Source: Mobula hypostoma
Lineage: Eukaryota
NCBI RefSeq assembly: GCF_963921235.1
Contig: NC_086097.1
Location: forward strand, 11,532,001 to 11,596,000
Reading direction: 5' to 3'
DNA length: 64,000 bases
Both the position numbers and the translations under genes were made by a program. Shown here piece after piece: positions 25,392 through 39,489 of this stretch. The notes under the pieces are model-generated. The model saw only the letters and a list, made by a program, of their open reading frames with translations, was not told where the DNA came from and ran no database searches. The number at the start of each line of letters is the position of its first letter. The first letter of the stretch is position 1.

Positions 25392-26700
25392 TGTCTGTCT
25401 GGTGCTTCCCAAAACTGCATACAATACTCCAAGTGTGATCTCATGAGTGCCTTAAAGAGCCTCAACATCACATCCCTGCTCTTATATTCTATACCTCTAG
25501 AAATGAATGTCAACATTGCATTCGCCTTCTTCACCACTGATTCAACCTAGAGGTTAATCTTTAGGGTATCCTGCACAAGGACTCCCAAGTCCCTTTGTAT
25601 CTCTTCATTTTGAATTGTCTCCCCATCTAAATAATAGTCTGCCCGTTTATTTCTTCCACCAAAGTGCATGACCAAACACTTTGCAACATTGTATTTCATT
25701 TGCCACTTCTTTGCCCATTCCCCTAAACTATCTAAGCCTGTCTGCAGCTCTCTATTTCCTCAACACTACCCGCTCCTCCTCCTATCTTTGGATCATCGGC
25801 GAATTTATCCACAAATCGATTAATACTGTAGTCTTGACATACATCGTAAAAAGCAGTGGTCCCAACACTGACCCCTGTGGAACTCCACTGGTAACCGGCA
25901 GCCAGCCAGAATAGGATCCCTTTATTCCCACTCTCTGTTTTCTGCTAATCAGCCAATGCTCCACCCATGCTAGTAACTTCCCTGTAATTCCATGGGCTCT
26001 TATCTTGCTAAGCAGCCTCAGGTGTGACACCTTGGGAAAGGCCTTCTGAAAATCCAAGTACACCACATCTACTGCATCTTCTTTATCTACCCTGCTTGTA
26101 ATTTCCTCAAAAAATTGCAGTAGGTTAGTCAGGCAGGATTTTTCTTTCAGGAAACCATGCTGGGTTTGGCCTATCTTGTCATGTGCCTCCAGGTACTCCA
26201 TAATCTCATCCCTATCAATCGATTCCAACAACCTCCCAACCACTGATGTCAAGTTAACAGGTCTATAGTTTCCTTTCTGCTGCCTCCGTATCTAGTGGAG
26301 TAACATTTGCAATTTCCAGTCATCTGGTACAATGCCAGAATCTATCGATTTTTGAAAGATCATTGTTAATGCCTCCGCAATCTCTCCAGCTACTTCCTTC
26401 AGAACCCAAGGGTACATTTCATCAGGTCCAGGAGATTTATCCACCCTCAGACCATTAAGTTTCCTGAACACCTTCTCAGTCGTATTTTTCATTGCACATA
26501 CTTCATTTCCCTGACACTCTTGAATGTCTAGTATACTGAAAATGTCTTCAACTGTGAAGACTGATGCAAAATATGCATTCAGTTCCTCTGCCATCTCTCT
26601 GTCTCTCATTACAAATATCTTCAGCATCAGTTTTTATTGGTTCTATATGTACCCTCAACTTTCTTTTACCCTTTATATACTTAAAAGAGCTTTTAGTATC
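25392..26700 (-). mobile_element. CR1 ORF2 RT fragment
   Basis: [41 protein letters not shown]. Confidence 0.9.
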
Positions 26701-26701
26701 T

Positions 26702-28440
26702 TAGAAACATAGAAACATAGAAAACCTACAGCACAATACAGGCCCTTCGACCCACAAAGCTGTGCCAAACATGTTCTTACCTTAGAACTACCTAGGCTTA
26801 CCCACAGCCGTCTATTTTTCTAAGCTCCATGTACCTATCCAGGAGTATCTTAAAAGACCACCACCGCTGCCAGCAGCCCATTCCACCAACTCACCACTCT
26901 CTGCGTAAAAATCTTACCCCTGACACCTCCTCTGTACCTACTTCCAAGCACCTTAAAACTAGCCATTTTAGCCCTGGGAAAAAGCCTCTGACTATCCACA
27001 TGATCAATGCCTCTCATTATCTTGTACACCTCTATCAGGTCACCTCTCATCCTCCGTCACTCCAAGGAGAAAAGGCCGAGTTCACTCAACCTATTCTCAT
27101 AAGGCATTCTTCTCAATCCAGGCAACATCCTTGAAAATCTCCTTTGCACCCTTTCTATGGTTTCCATGTCCTTCTTGTAGGGAGGCAACCAGAACTGAGC
27201 ACAGTACTCCAAGTGGGGTCTGACCAGGGTCCTATATAGCTGCAACATTACCTCTTGGCTCCTAAACTCAATCTCATGGTTAATGAAGGCCAATGCACTG
27301 TATGCCTTCATAACCACAGAGACAAACTGCGTAGCAGCTTTGAGTGTCCTATGGACTCAGACCCCAATATCTCTCTGATCATCCACACTCCCAAGAGTCT
27401 TATCATTAATGCCATCATATTAGACCTACCAAAATGAACCACCTCACACTTACCTGGGTTGAACTCCATCTGCCACTTCTCAGCCCAGTTTTGCATTCTA
27501 TCAATGTCCGGCTGTAACCTCTGACAGCCCTCCACAATCTCCACAACACTCCCAACCTTTGCATCATCAGCCAATTTACCAACCCATCCCTTCACTTCCC
27601 CATCCAGGTCATTTATAAAAATCACAAAGAGTAAAGGTCCCTGAGACACATCACTGGTCACCGACCTCCATGCAGAATATAGCCCATCTACAACCACTCT
27701 TTGCCTTCTATGGGCAAACCAGTTCTGGATCAACAAAGTAATGTTCCCTTGGATTCCATGCCTCCTTACTTTCTCAATAAGCTTTGCAATGGGTACCTTA
27801 TCAAATGTCTTGCTGAAATCCATATACACTACCTCTACAGTTCTACCTTCATCAACGTGTTTAGTCACATCCTCAAAAAATTCACTCAGGCTCATAAGGC
27901 ACAACCTGCCTTTGACAAAGCCATGCTGTCTATTCCTAATCATATTATACCTCTCCAAATGTTCATAAATCCTGCCTCTCAGGATCTTGTCCATCAATTT
28001 ACCAATCACTGTAGTAAGACTCACTGGTCTTTAATTTCCTGGGCTGTCTCTACTCCCTTTCTTGAATAAGGGAACCCTCTAATCCTCTGGACCCTCTCCT
28101 GTCCTCATTGATGATGCAAAGATTATTACCAGAGGCTCAGCAATCTCCTCCCTTGCTTCCCACAGCAGCCTGGGGTACATCCCATCCAGTCACGGTGACT
28201 TATCCAACTTGATGCTTTCCAGAAGCTCCAGCACATCCTCTTCCTTAATATCTATGTGCTCAAGCTTTTCAGTCTGCTGCAAGCCATTCCTACAATCTCT
28301 ACGATCCTTTTCTATAGTGAATACTGAAGTAAACTATTCATTAATTACCTCTGCTATCTCCTCCGGTTCCATACACAGTTTTCCACTGTCACACTTGATT
28401 AGTCCTATTCTCTCCTGTCTTATCCTCTTGCTCTTCACCT
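26702..28440 (-). mobile_element. CR1 RT plus 3' end (similar to 18292-19680)
   Basis: HGFVKGRLCL, YMDFSKTFDKVP, KLADD; (AGAAACAT)n tail at 26702-26722. Confidence 0.9.
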
Positions 28441-28755
28441 ACAAGGTAGCCATTTGCTGCTACCTTGAGTTGGGAACTGTCTCTGTGTCTACGCCTTCGC
28501 TAGGTAGGTCTGGCTGTTTGCTGCTACCTTGTGTTGAGAACCGTCTCTGTGTCCACGCCTGTACTAGGTAGGTCTGGCCATTTGCCGCTACCTTGTGTTG
28601 GGAACTGTCTCTCTATGTTCTGCATTCCTGTCTCCCAAGACCACCAAGGTTCTGTGTTCTGCGTCCCTGTTTCCCAAGACACAACTAGTCCTGTTCCTTG
28701 TACTTCAGTGTCTATGTCTTGCATTTGGGTCTGCCTTCAGTGCCCTACTATGACA
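28441..28755 (+). mobile_element. Probable partial LTR with ~64-bp internal tandem repeats
   Basis: Three copies of ttTGCyGCTACCTTG at ~28450, ~28515 and ~28578. Ends tgcatttgggtc...tatgaCA, resembling the 3' end of a fish LTR. Confidence 0.5.
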
Positions 28756-30830
28756 CTCTTTTTTGATATTAGACGTCATATCTTCACAAGACAAGATTTC
28801 ACAAGACAAAGGAGCAGAAGTAGGCCATTCGGCCCATCGAATCTGCTCCGCAGCTCCCCCATGAGCTAAACTATTCACCCATCTAGTTTCAATTTCTGGC
28901 TTTTTCCCCATATCCCTTGATATCCTGACTAATTAGATACCTGTCAATTTCCTCCTTAAACACCCTCAATGATCGGGCCTCCACAGCTGTATGTGGCAAC
29001 GAATTCCACAAATCCACGACCCTCTGGCTAAAAAAATTTCTCCTCATCTCTGTTTTAACTGGGTACCCTCTAATTCTAATACTATGGCCTCTTGCCCTGG
29101 ACTCACCCACCAAGGGAAACAGCCTTTGCACATCTACTCTGTCCAACCCTTTCAACATTCAAGATGACTCTATGAGATTTTCTCTCATTCTTCTATACTC
29201 TAATGAATACAATCCAAGAGCCGACAAACACTTCTCATATGTTAGCCCCTGCATTCCAGGAATCATCCTCGTAAATCTTCTCTGAACTCTCTCCAACATC
29301 AGTACATCCCTTCTAAGATAGGGGGCCCAAAACTGCACACAGTATTCCAAATGAGGTCTCACTAATGCCCCATAGAACCTCATCAACACCTCCTTACTCT
29401 TATACACTATTCCTCTTGAAATGAATGCCAACAAATGAATGCTTTCCTTACCGCCGATCCAACTTCGTGGGCAACCTTTAGGGTATCCTGTACGAGGACC
29501 CCCAAGTCCCTTTGCACTTCTGATTTTTGAATTTTCTCCCCATCTGAATAATAATCTGCCCGATTATTTCTTCTTCCAAAATGTACAACCGTACATTTGT
29601 CAACATTGTATCTCATCTGCCATTTCTTTGCCCACTCTCCTAAACTGACTAAGTCTCTCTGCAACCTCTCCGTTTCTTCAACATTTCCTGCTCCTCCACC
29701 TATCTTGATGTCATCTGCAAATTTTGCCACAAAACCATTTAATCCATAATCCAAATCATCGATATACATCGTAAAAAGAAGCAGCCCCAACACCGATCCC
29801 TGCGGAACACCACTAGTAACCGGCAACCAATCAGAATAGGATCCCTTTATTCCCACCCTTTGCTTTCTGCCTATCAGCCAATGCTCCACCCATTTCAATA
29901 CCTTTCCTATAATTCCATGGGCTCTCATCTTATTAAGCAGCCTCATATGCGGCACCTTATCAAAGGCCTTTTGAAAATCCAAATACACAACATCCACAGC
30001 CTCTCCCTTGTCAATCTTATTCGAGATTACCTCAAAAAATTCCAATAGGTTGGTGAGACAGGATCTTCCCTTCATGAAACCATGCTGGCTTCAGCCTATT
30101 TTGTCATGCACCTCGAGGTATTTCATAACCTCGTCCTTGAGGATTGACTCCAATATCTTTCCAACTGCCGATGTCAGACTAATAGGTCTGTAATTTTCTT
30201 TTTGCTGCCTCCTTCCTTTCTTAAATAACGGAACTACATTTGTGACCTTCCAGTCCTCCGGAACCATGCCAGAGTCTATTGATTCCTGGAAGATCATTTC
30301 TAATGCTTCCACAATCTCCAAAGCCACTTCCTTCAGAACCCTTGGGTGCACCTCATCTGGACTGGGAGACTTATCTATTCTTAGTTCACTTAGCTTCCCA
30401 AACACTTTCTCTCTAGATCTTCTTTGATCTTAGGTGACAGCTTCCTTTCATAATTCATCTTTTCTTTCATAATGACCTTCTTAGTTTCCTTCTGCAGGTC
30501 ATTAAAAGCTTCCCAGTCCTCTATCTTCCCACTAGCTTTGGCTTCCTTGTATGCCGTCTCTTTTGCTTTTACTTTGGCTCTGACTTCACTTGTCAGCCAC
30601 AGTGGTGTCCTGCTTCCATTTGAGAATTCCTCATTTGGAATATATCTGTCTTGCACTTCCCTCATTTTTCGCAGAAACTCCAGCCATTGCTGTTCTGCTG
30701 TCCTTCCTGTTAGAGTCCCTTTCCAGTCAACCTTGGCCAGTTCCCCTCTCATGCCACTGCAATTTCCATTTTTCCACTGAAATACTGACATATTGGAATT
30801 TAGTTTCTCCTCAAATTTCAGAGTGAACAT

Positions 30831-31249
30831 TGTGCTGTCCTTAAGGCATTTATTTGACTTTGTTGGGTCTACGTTTTAATTGATTTGTTTGTAACTATTT
30901 TCTAGTTTAAGCTAAAGGTTGATAATTAAGTTACAGTATAACAAAGGTAAATTCATTGTTTATGGTATATCGTGGCAGGTGATGACGTCACTTCTGGTTT
31001 CGCCGCGTCTTACGTGTAACCTCTGGTTCAGGAAGGTGTAAAGGTGGGTGCCATGTGTGCAGCATGATCGTGAAGAGCTCCGTGTCTATCTACAAAAAAA
31101 CATTATAGAAGCAACGCCTTTTCACCATACGATGTTAATGTGGAAGAGTGAACAGTAAATGGTTAACCTTACTACGACTCTGTCTTCATTGGCTCCGGTT
31201 TAACTTGGTGTTTAATCAGAGTTTCAACACACTGCACGAGAACACTGCA
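30831..31249 (-). mobile_element. Solo LTR-like insertion, 419 bp
   Basis: TG...CA termini with perfect 5-bp flanks AACAT (30826-30830, 31250-31254), interrupting CR1 coding sequence. Minus-strand AATAAA at 30849-30854; CRE at 30983-30990. Confidence 0.65.
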
Positions 31250-31723
31250 AACATATTGTGATCACTGTTCCCTCAGGGTTCCTTAACCTTAAGCTCTCTG
31301 ATCTCCTCCGGATTATTGCACAACACTCAATCCAGCACAGCTGACCCCCTCGTAGGCTCAACAACAAGCTGTTCTAAAAAGTCATTCCTTAGTCATTCTA
31401 CAATCCATTTGTAGAATGGATTGGGCCTGGTTTTCCCAATCCACTTTCATGTTAAAATCCCCAACGGTTATCATGATATTGCCTTTCTGACACGCCTTTT
31501 CTATCTCCTGCTGTAATTTGTAATCCACATCCCAGCTGCTGTTTGGAGGCCTGTATACAACTGCCATTCGGGTCTTTTTACGCTTGCCATTTCTTAACTC
31601 AATCCATAGAGACTCTACAATTTCTGATCCTATGTCATCCCTTTCTAATGATTTAATATTATTTCTTATACACAGGGCCACACCACCCCCTCTGCCTACG
31701 AACCTATCTTTCCGATACACCTT

Positions 31724-34720
31724 AAAAGTGGCAGGCCGACAAATCCAGGGCAAGCATTAAAAAGGGCCACTTTTCAACATAATTGTATAAGGGCTAAGAG
31801 AGTTGTAAAAGAGCGCCTGAAGGCTTTATGTGTCAATGCAAGGAGCATTCGTAATAAGGTGGATGAATTGAAAGTGCAGATTGTTATTAATGATTATGAT
31901 ATAGTTGGGATCACAGAGACATGGCTCCAGGGTGACCAGGGATGGGAGCTCAACGTTCAGGGATATTCAATATTCAGGAGGGATAGACATGAAGGAAGGG
32001 GAGGTGGGGTGGCGTTGCTGGTTAAAGAAGAGATTAACGCAATAGAAAGGAAGGACATAAGCCGGGAAGATGTGGAATCGATATGGGTAGAGCTGCGTAA
32101 CACTAAGGGGCAGAAGACGCTGGTGGGAGTTGTGTACAGGCCACCTAACAGTAGTAGTGAGGTCGGAGATGGTATTAAACAAGAAATTAGAAATGTGTGC
32201 AATAAAGGAACAGCAGTTATAATGGGTGACTTCAATCTACATGTAGACTGGGTGAACCAAATTGGTAAAGGTGCTGAGGAAGAGGATTTCTTGGAATGCA
32301 TGCGGGATGGTTTTTTGAACCAACATGTCGAGGAACCAACTAGAGAGCAGGCTATTCTGGACTGGGTTTTGAGCAATGAGGAAGGGTTAATTAGTGATCT
32401 TGTCGTGAGAGGCCCCTTGGGTAAGAGTGACCATAATATGGTGGAATTCTTCATTAATATGGAGAGTGACATAGTTAATTCAGAAACAAAGGTTCTGAAC
32501 TTAAAGAGGGGTAACTTTGAAGGTATGAGATGTGAATTAGCTAAGATAGACTGGCAAATGACACTTAAAGGATTGACAGTGGATATGCAATGGCAAGCAT
32601 TTAAAGGTTGCATGGATGAACTACAACAATTGTTCATCCCAGTTTGGCAAAAGAATAAATCAAGGAAGGTAGTGCACCCGTGGCTGACAAGAGAAATTAG
32701 GGATAGTATCAATTCCAAAGAAGTAGCATACAAATTAGCCAGAGAAAGTGGCTCACCTGAGGACTGGGAGAAATTCAGAGTTCAGCAGAGGAGGACAAAG
32801 GGCTTAATTAGGAAGGGGAAAAAAGATTATGAGAGAAAACTGGCAGGGAACATAAAAACGGACTGTAAAAGCTTTTATAGATATGTAAAAAGGAAAGACT
32901 GGTAAAGACAAATGTAGGTCCCCTGCAGACAGAAACAGGTGAATTGATTATGGGGAGCAAGGACGTGGCAGACCAATTGAATAATTACTTTGGTTCTGTC
33001 TTCACTAAGGAGGACATAAATAATCTTCCAGAAATAGTAAGGGACAGAGGGTCCAGTGAGATGGAGGAGCTGAGTGAAATACATGTTAGTAGGGAAGTGG
33101 TGTTAGGTAAATTGAAGGGATTGAAGGCAGATAAATCCCCAGGGCCAGATGGTCTGCATCCTAGAGTGCTTAAGGAAGTAGCCCAAGAAATAGTGGATGC
33201 ATTAATGATAATTTTTCAAAACTCGTAAGATTCTGGACTAGTACCTGAGGATTGGAGGGTGGCTAATGTAACCCCACTTTTTAAAAAAGGAGGGAGAGAG
33301 AAACCGGGGAATTATAGACCGGTTAGCCTAATGTCGGTGGTGGGGAAACTGCTGGAGTCAGTTATCAAGGATGTGATAACAGCACATTTGGAAAGCGGTG
33401 AAATGATCGGACAAAGTCAGCATGGATTTGTGAAAGGAAAATCATGTCTGACGAATCTCATAGAATTTTTTGAGGATGTAACTAGTAGAGTGGATAGGGG
33501 AGAACCAGTGGATGTGGTATATTTGGATTTTCAAAAGGCTTTTGACAAGGTCCCACACAGGAGATTAGTGTGCAAACTTAAAGCACACGGTATTGGGGGT
33601 AAGGTATTGGTGTGGGTGGAGAATTGGTTAGCAGACAGGAAGCAAAGAGTGGGAATAAACGGGACCTTTTCAGAATGGCAGGCGGTGACTAGTGGGGTAC
33701 CGCAAGGCTCAGTGCTGGGACCCCAGTTGTTTACAATATATATTAATGACTTGGATGAGGGAATTAAATGCAGCATCTCCCAGTTTGCGGATGACACGAA
33801 GCTGGGTGGCAGTGTTAGCAGTGAGGAGGATGCTAAGAGGATGCAGGGTGACTTGGATAGGTTGGGTGAGTGGGCAAACTCATGGCAGATGCAATTTAAT
33901 GTGGATAAATGTGAAGTTATCCACTTTGGTGGCAAAAATAGGAAAACAGATTATTATCTGAATGGTGGCCGATTAGGAAAAGGGGAGGTGCAACGAGACC
34001 TGGGTGTTATTATACACCAGTCATTCAAAGTAGGCATGCAGGTACAGCAGGTGGTGAAAAAGGCGAATGGTATGCTGGCATTTATAGCAAGAGGATTCGA
34101 GTACAGGAGCAGGGAGGTACTACTGCAGTTGTACAAGGCCTTGGTGAGACCACACCTGGAGTATTGTGTGCAGTTTTGGTCCCCTAATCTGAGGAAAGAC
34201 ATCTTTGCCATAGAGGGAGTACAAAGAAGGTTCACCAGATTGATTCCTGGGATGGCAGGACTTTCATATGAAGAAAGACTGGATGAACTGGGCTTGTACT
34301 CGTTGGAATTTAGAAGATTGAGGGGGGATCTGATTGAAACGTATAAGATCCTAAAGGGATTGGACAGGCTAGATGCAGGAAGACTGTTCCCGATGTTGGG
34401 GAAGTCCAGAACGAGGGGTCACAGTTTGAGGATAGAGGGGAAGCCTTTTAGGACCGAGATTAGGAAAAACTTCTTCACACAGAGAGTGGTGAATCTGTGG
34501 AATTCTCTGCCACAGGAAACTGTTGAGGCCAGTTCATTGGCTATGTTTAAGAGGGAGTTAGATATGGCCCTTGTGGCTACAGGGGTCAGGGGGTATGGAG
34601 GGAAGGCTGGGGCGGGGTTCTGAGTTGGATGATCAGCCATGATCATAATAAATGGTGGTGCAGGCTCGAAGGGCCGAATGGCCTACTTCTGCACCTATTT
34701 TCTATGTTTCTATGTTTCTA
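31724..34720 (+). mobile_element. Young CR1 with near-intact ORF2 (APE endonuclease plus RT)
   Basis: CVNARSIRNK, GITETWL, GDFN, SDHN, QGSVLGP, QFADD. One frameshift (~32890) and one in-frame TAA (33226-33228); 3' UTR hairpin and (TTCTATGT)n tail. Confidence 0.97.
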
Positions 34721-35062
34721 TCCTTGGTCATTCAACTCCCAATGGCAGCCATCCTTTAGCCAAGTTTCAGAGATGGCCACAACATCATACTTGCCAATCT
34801 GTAGCTGAATTTCAAGATGATCCGTTTTATTTCTTATGCTACGTACATTCAAATACAACACTCTCAGTCCAGTATTTATTGCTTTCTGTTTTAACTGCCC
34901 CATGCCTATATTGCCCTGTAACTCATCCCAATGGCTATGATTATGCCTCATCTCCTGCCTGTCCTTTCTATCATCTCTGTTGCACGCTATCTTTGATTTA
35001 TTTCTGTTTTCCCCTTCCTCAGCCCTATCACTCGAGTTCCCATCACCCTGCCAAATTAGTTC

Positions 35063-36330
35063 AAAGAGTAAAAGGGAGGAGAGATTTAACATGGGACCAC
35101 CGGAAAATGATGCTAGTGGGGTAGTAATGGGGACAAAGAAATGGTAGATGAACTTAATGAGTACTTTGCATCACTCTTCACTGTGGAAGACACTAGCAGT
35201 GGGTCGAAGGACTGTGAGTGTCAGGGAGCGTGAGTGAGTGCCATTGTTATTACAAAGGAAAAAGTGCTAGCCAAACTCAAAAGTCTTAAGGTGGATAAGT
35301 CACCTAGACCAGATGGACTACATCCCAGAGTCCCAGAGAGAGGTTGCTGAAGAGATAATGGATGCATTGGTCATGATCTTTCAAGAATCACTTGATTCTT
35401 GCATGGTCCCGAAGGACTGGGAGATTGTGAATGTCACTCTACTCTTTCAGAAGGGGGGAAGGAAATTATAGGCCAGTTAGCCTAACCTCAGTGGTTGGGA
35501 AAGTTGTTGGAGTCTATTATTAAGGATGAGGTTTCATAGTACTTGGAGACTAATGATAAAATAGGTCAAAGTTAGCGTAGTTTCTGTGAAGGGAAATCTT
35601 GCCTGAAAAATCTGTTCGAATTCTTCAAGGAAGAAACCAGTAGGGTGGACAAAGGAGATGTAGTAGATGTCATTTACTTAGATTTCCAGAAAGCATTTAA
35701 TAAGGTGCCACACATGAGGTTGCTTAACAAGATAAAATCCTATGCCATTACAGGAACGATATTGGCATGGATAGAGGAATGGCTGACAGGCAGGAGGCAG
35801 TGAGTGGGAGTAAAGGGAACCTTTTATGGTTGGCTGCCTGTGACTAGTGGTGTTCCTTAGGGCTTAGTATTGTGATCGTTACTTTTCGCATTATTTGTTA
35901 ATGATTTGGATAACGGAACTTATGGTTTTGTGGCAAAGTTTGCGGATAATATGAAGATAGTTGGAAGGGTTGGTAGTGCTGAGGAAGCAATGCTATTGCA
36001 GCAGGACTTAGAAAAATTGGAAGAATGGGGAAAAAGTTGGCAGATGGAATACAGTGTTGGGAAATGGACGATAAAGCATTTTGGTAAAAGGAACAATTGT
36101 GCAGAGTAAAATGTGGCGGGGGGGGGGGAGGGTTCAAATACCAGAGGTACAGAAGGATTTGGGAGTTCTTGTGCAGGTCTCCCAGAAGGCTGATTTGCAG
36201 GTTATGTCTGTGGTGAAGAAGGCAGATGTATGGGATTGAATGGGATTGGAGATCAGCTGTGATGGAGTGGTGGAGTGGACTCGATGGATTGAATGGCCTA
36301 ATTCCGCTCCTATGTCTTATGGTCTCGTGA
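35063..36330 (+). mobile_element. Degraded CR1 RT plus 3' end
   Basis: DKSPRPDGLHPRV, YLDFQKAFNKVPH, KFADN; CR1 3' UTR at 36250-36325. Confidence 0.85.
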
Positions 36331-36780
36331 TGGAACTATGACAAAAAACACACACACAAGAAATGTGCACAATTTTCAACCATAAATTTTTAGTTGGGAG
36401 TAAATTCAGTTATATGGTAAAATAATAAAAAGGTACTTTTGTGTGGCTATAACATGCCGTCAGAATAACGGTGTAGGTAATGGTGCTTGCAATGATATAT
36501 TAGCAGGTATTAAAGCAGCTCTTCAGTTGAGTGGTAGATGTGTGGTTAAATGCAGTTGGGATGTGCTACTCCACAGCTAATTTTGGAGAAATGATATCTC
36601 ACTGCCTAATGTCCACAACATTATGCAATGAATCTCGTGAAATTACTGCATTTGCAAACTGGATATAACTGAACACCCATGAAGTTACTGTAAGTCTTGT
36701 CCATTTCAATCTCTGTTACCTTCCATTGAAGTAAGTTTTATTAAGGTCTGTTTTCCCCTCTGGCACTGCAACACTAACTA

Positions 36781-37690
36781 TTAATGGAATTGATGGCTTT
36801 GTGGCCAAGCTTGTGGACGGTATAATGATAGGTGGAGGGACAGAAAGTGCTGAGGAAGCAGGGAGTCTGCAAAATGTCTTAGACAGATTAGGAGAATAAT
36901 TGATAGATGGAATACAGTGTCCGGGAATGTATGGTCATGCACTTTGTAAGCAGGATTCAAAATCATTGGTTATTTTCTGAATGGGCAGAATATTCAAAAA
37001 TTTGAAGTGCAAATGGCTTGAGAGACCCTGTGCAGGATTCCACAAAGGTTAACTTGCAGGTTGAGTCGATAGTGACTAGAATGTAAAAACAAGAATGTAA
37101 TGCTGTAACTTTATAAGGCATTGGTGAGGCCTCACTTGGAGCATTATGAGCAGTTTTAGAAAGGATGTGCTGACATTGAAGAGTGTTCAGACGAGCTTCA
37201 CAAGGATGAATCCAGGAATGAAAGTCTTGCATGAGGAGCATTTGATGGCTCTGGGACTGTACTTGCTATAGTTTAGAAGAATGGGGGGAGGGCAGATATC
37301 TCATTGAACTCTATTAAATATTGAAAGGCCTAGATAGAGTAGAAGTGAAGAGAGTATGTTCTCTATAGTGGGAGAGTCTAGGACCAAAGGGCACAGACTC
37401 AGAATAGAGGGATGTCCACTGAGAATGGAGATGAGGAGGAATTTCTTTAGCTAGAGAGTGGTGAGTCTGTGGAATTCATTGCACAGGTGGCTGTGGAGCC
37501 CAAGTCATAGGGTATATTTCAGGCAGAGATTGATAGATTATTGATTAGTCAGGGTCTGAAGAGATGTGAAGAGAAGGCAGGAGATTGGGTCTGAGAGGGA
37601 AATGGATCAGCCATGAGGAAATGGTGGAGCAAACTTGATGGGCCAAATGATCTAGTTCTTCTCCTATCTCTTATGGTCTTATGACCTATT
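36781..37690 (+). mobile_element. Degraded CR1 3' part
   Basis: LYKALVRPHLEH and EMRRNFFS-like remnants; 3' UTR ending cttatggtcttatga. Confidence 0.85.
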
Positions 37691-38076
37691 ACAAGTGTGG
37701 AGGTTCACTCCTACTTTTAGCATCTTTACTGTTTCTGTTGCGTATTTTGCAATCAATCAATATTTTCCTCTTTTTCCATACCTGATTTGACTTTTTTTAT
37801 CTGGTCTTTCAGTTTTCTTGCTGTTACTTTTTACAAACTTTCAGACTGAAAGTATAAGGAGGCATTCAGCTGATATCTGTATATGTTCAAGTCTTGATAA
37901 ATCTACTTCTGTTGTGTTGGTCTAATCACCTTGGACTTAAAGAACTTAGAAATTGTAGAAATTTTCTATAAGTACAGAAATGATAGAAAATTATAGAAAC
38001 GCAAATTTACAAGGCCAAGTGGAATAGAAAATACTATGAGTTGACAAGCCAGAGGCTGGTAACTATCGGCAACATA

Positions 38077-39040
38077 CATTCAATGGCCACTTTATTAGGT
38101 AGACTGTACACCTGTTCATTAATGCAAATATCTAATCAGCAGCTCAATGCATAAAAACATACAGACATGACCAAGGAGTGCAGTTGTTATTCAGACCAAA
38201 CATCAGAATAGGGAAGAAATGTGATCTAAGTGACTTTGACCGTGGACCATCATCAGGGACCCCCACCACACAAGCTGTGCTCATCTTCCACTGATGCCAT
38301 CAGGAAGAAGATACAGGAGGCTCAAGACTCACGCTTAATGGTTCAAGGGCAGTTATTACCCCACAACCATCAGGTTCTTGACCAGAGGGGATAACTTCAC
38401 TCAACTTCACTTGCTTACCACTGAAATATTTCACAACCTATGGGCTCACTTTCAAGGACTCTTCATCTCATGTTCTCAATATTTATTGCTTATCTATTTA
38501 TTATTATTGTTGTGTTCTTTTTGCATTCGCATAGATTTTTTTGGCTTTTGCACACTAGTTGTGTGTCCAGTTGGTGAGGTCTATTATGTTTATTGGGTTT
38601 ATTGAGTGTGCCCACAAGAAAATGAATCTCAGAGCTGTATATGGGGATGTATGTGTACTTTGATAATAAATACTTTGAACTTTGAATAATTGTTATTGCC
38701 AGATGGGGAGGTTTGAGTATCTCAGAAACTGCATAATTCCTGGAGATTTTCAGTCTCTGGAGTTTACAAAGGATGGTGTGAAAAACTAAAAAGACATCTA
38801 AAGAGCAACAGTTCTGTGGGTGAAAATGCCTTGTTCATGAGAGAGGCCAGAGCAGAATGGCTAGGCTGGTTCAAGCCCACAGGATGATGACAGTAACTGA
38901 AATAATTGTGTGTTCCAATAGTGGTGTGCCAAAGGGTATCTCTGAATGCACAGTATGTAGAAACTTGAAGAGGATGAGCTACAACAGCAGGAGACCACAC
39001 CAGGTTCCAGTCCTGTACCTAATAAAGTGGCCACTGAGTT
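38077..39040 (+). mobile_element. Tc1/mariner non-autonomous element containing a Rex1 fragment (~38246-38686)
   Basis: TA|cattcaatggccactttattaggt ... acctaataaagtggccactgagt TIRs; transposase HTH remnant MARLVQAHR..TVTEI...ISECTVCRNLKRMSYNSRRP. Confidence 0.85.
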
Positions 39041-39144
39041 TTTATAAAAACATTACAACAGTACAATCTTTTTGACTCAGATTATAACATCCTTCATAAA
39101 TAGACTGGGTGAATTCCTAATTGGGATTTTAGATTTTGTTTACT

Positions 39145-39395
39145 TTAACTTAGAGATGCAGCACAGTAACACGCCCTTCCAGCCCAATGAGTTTGCGCCC
39201 CCAATTACACCCATGTGACTGATTAAACTACTAACCGGCATGTCTTTGGACTGTGAGAGGAAGCCAGAGTACCAGGAGGAAACCCACGCGGGCGTGAGGA
39301 AATACACACAAACTCTTTACAGACAACAGCGGGAAATGAACCCGGCTTACTGGCGGTGCAATGGTGTTACACTGATGGGATACTATCATGCCACC
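39145..39395 (-). mobile_element. tRNA-derived SINE
   Basis: Similar to 20869-21183. Confidence 0.65.
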
Positions 39396-39489
39396 TCACA
39401 GTTTTTGTACTTTGAAGTCGTTACTGGATTTAATCTGTTGAATTAAGAGATCGCAATGGTGGTAAACTATATTTCAGAGGTAAAAAGGG

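Larger units (their letters stand above)
28786..35062 (-). mobile_element. Older CR1 ORF2 (EN plus RT plus 3' UTR), split by a solo LTR (30831-31249) and a young CR1 (31724-34720)
   Basis: EN N-terminus LYLNVRSIRNK...ISETWL (34721-34860) continues as KVYRKDRFVGRGGGVAL (below 31723); RT with KFADD at ~29715; ACAAG-repeat tail. Confidence 0.9.

Noticed and set aside
31957..32733. 258-aa minus-strand ORF
   Set aside because: Antisense shadow of the CR1 endonuclease frame.
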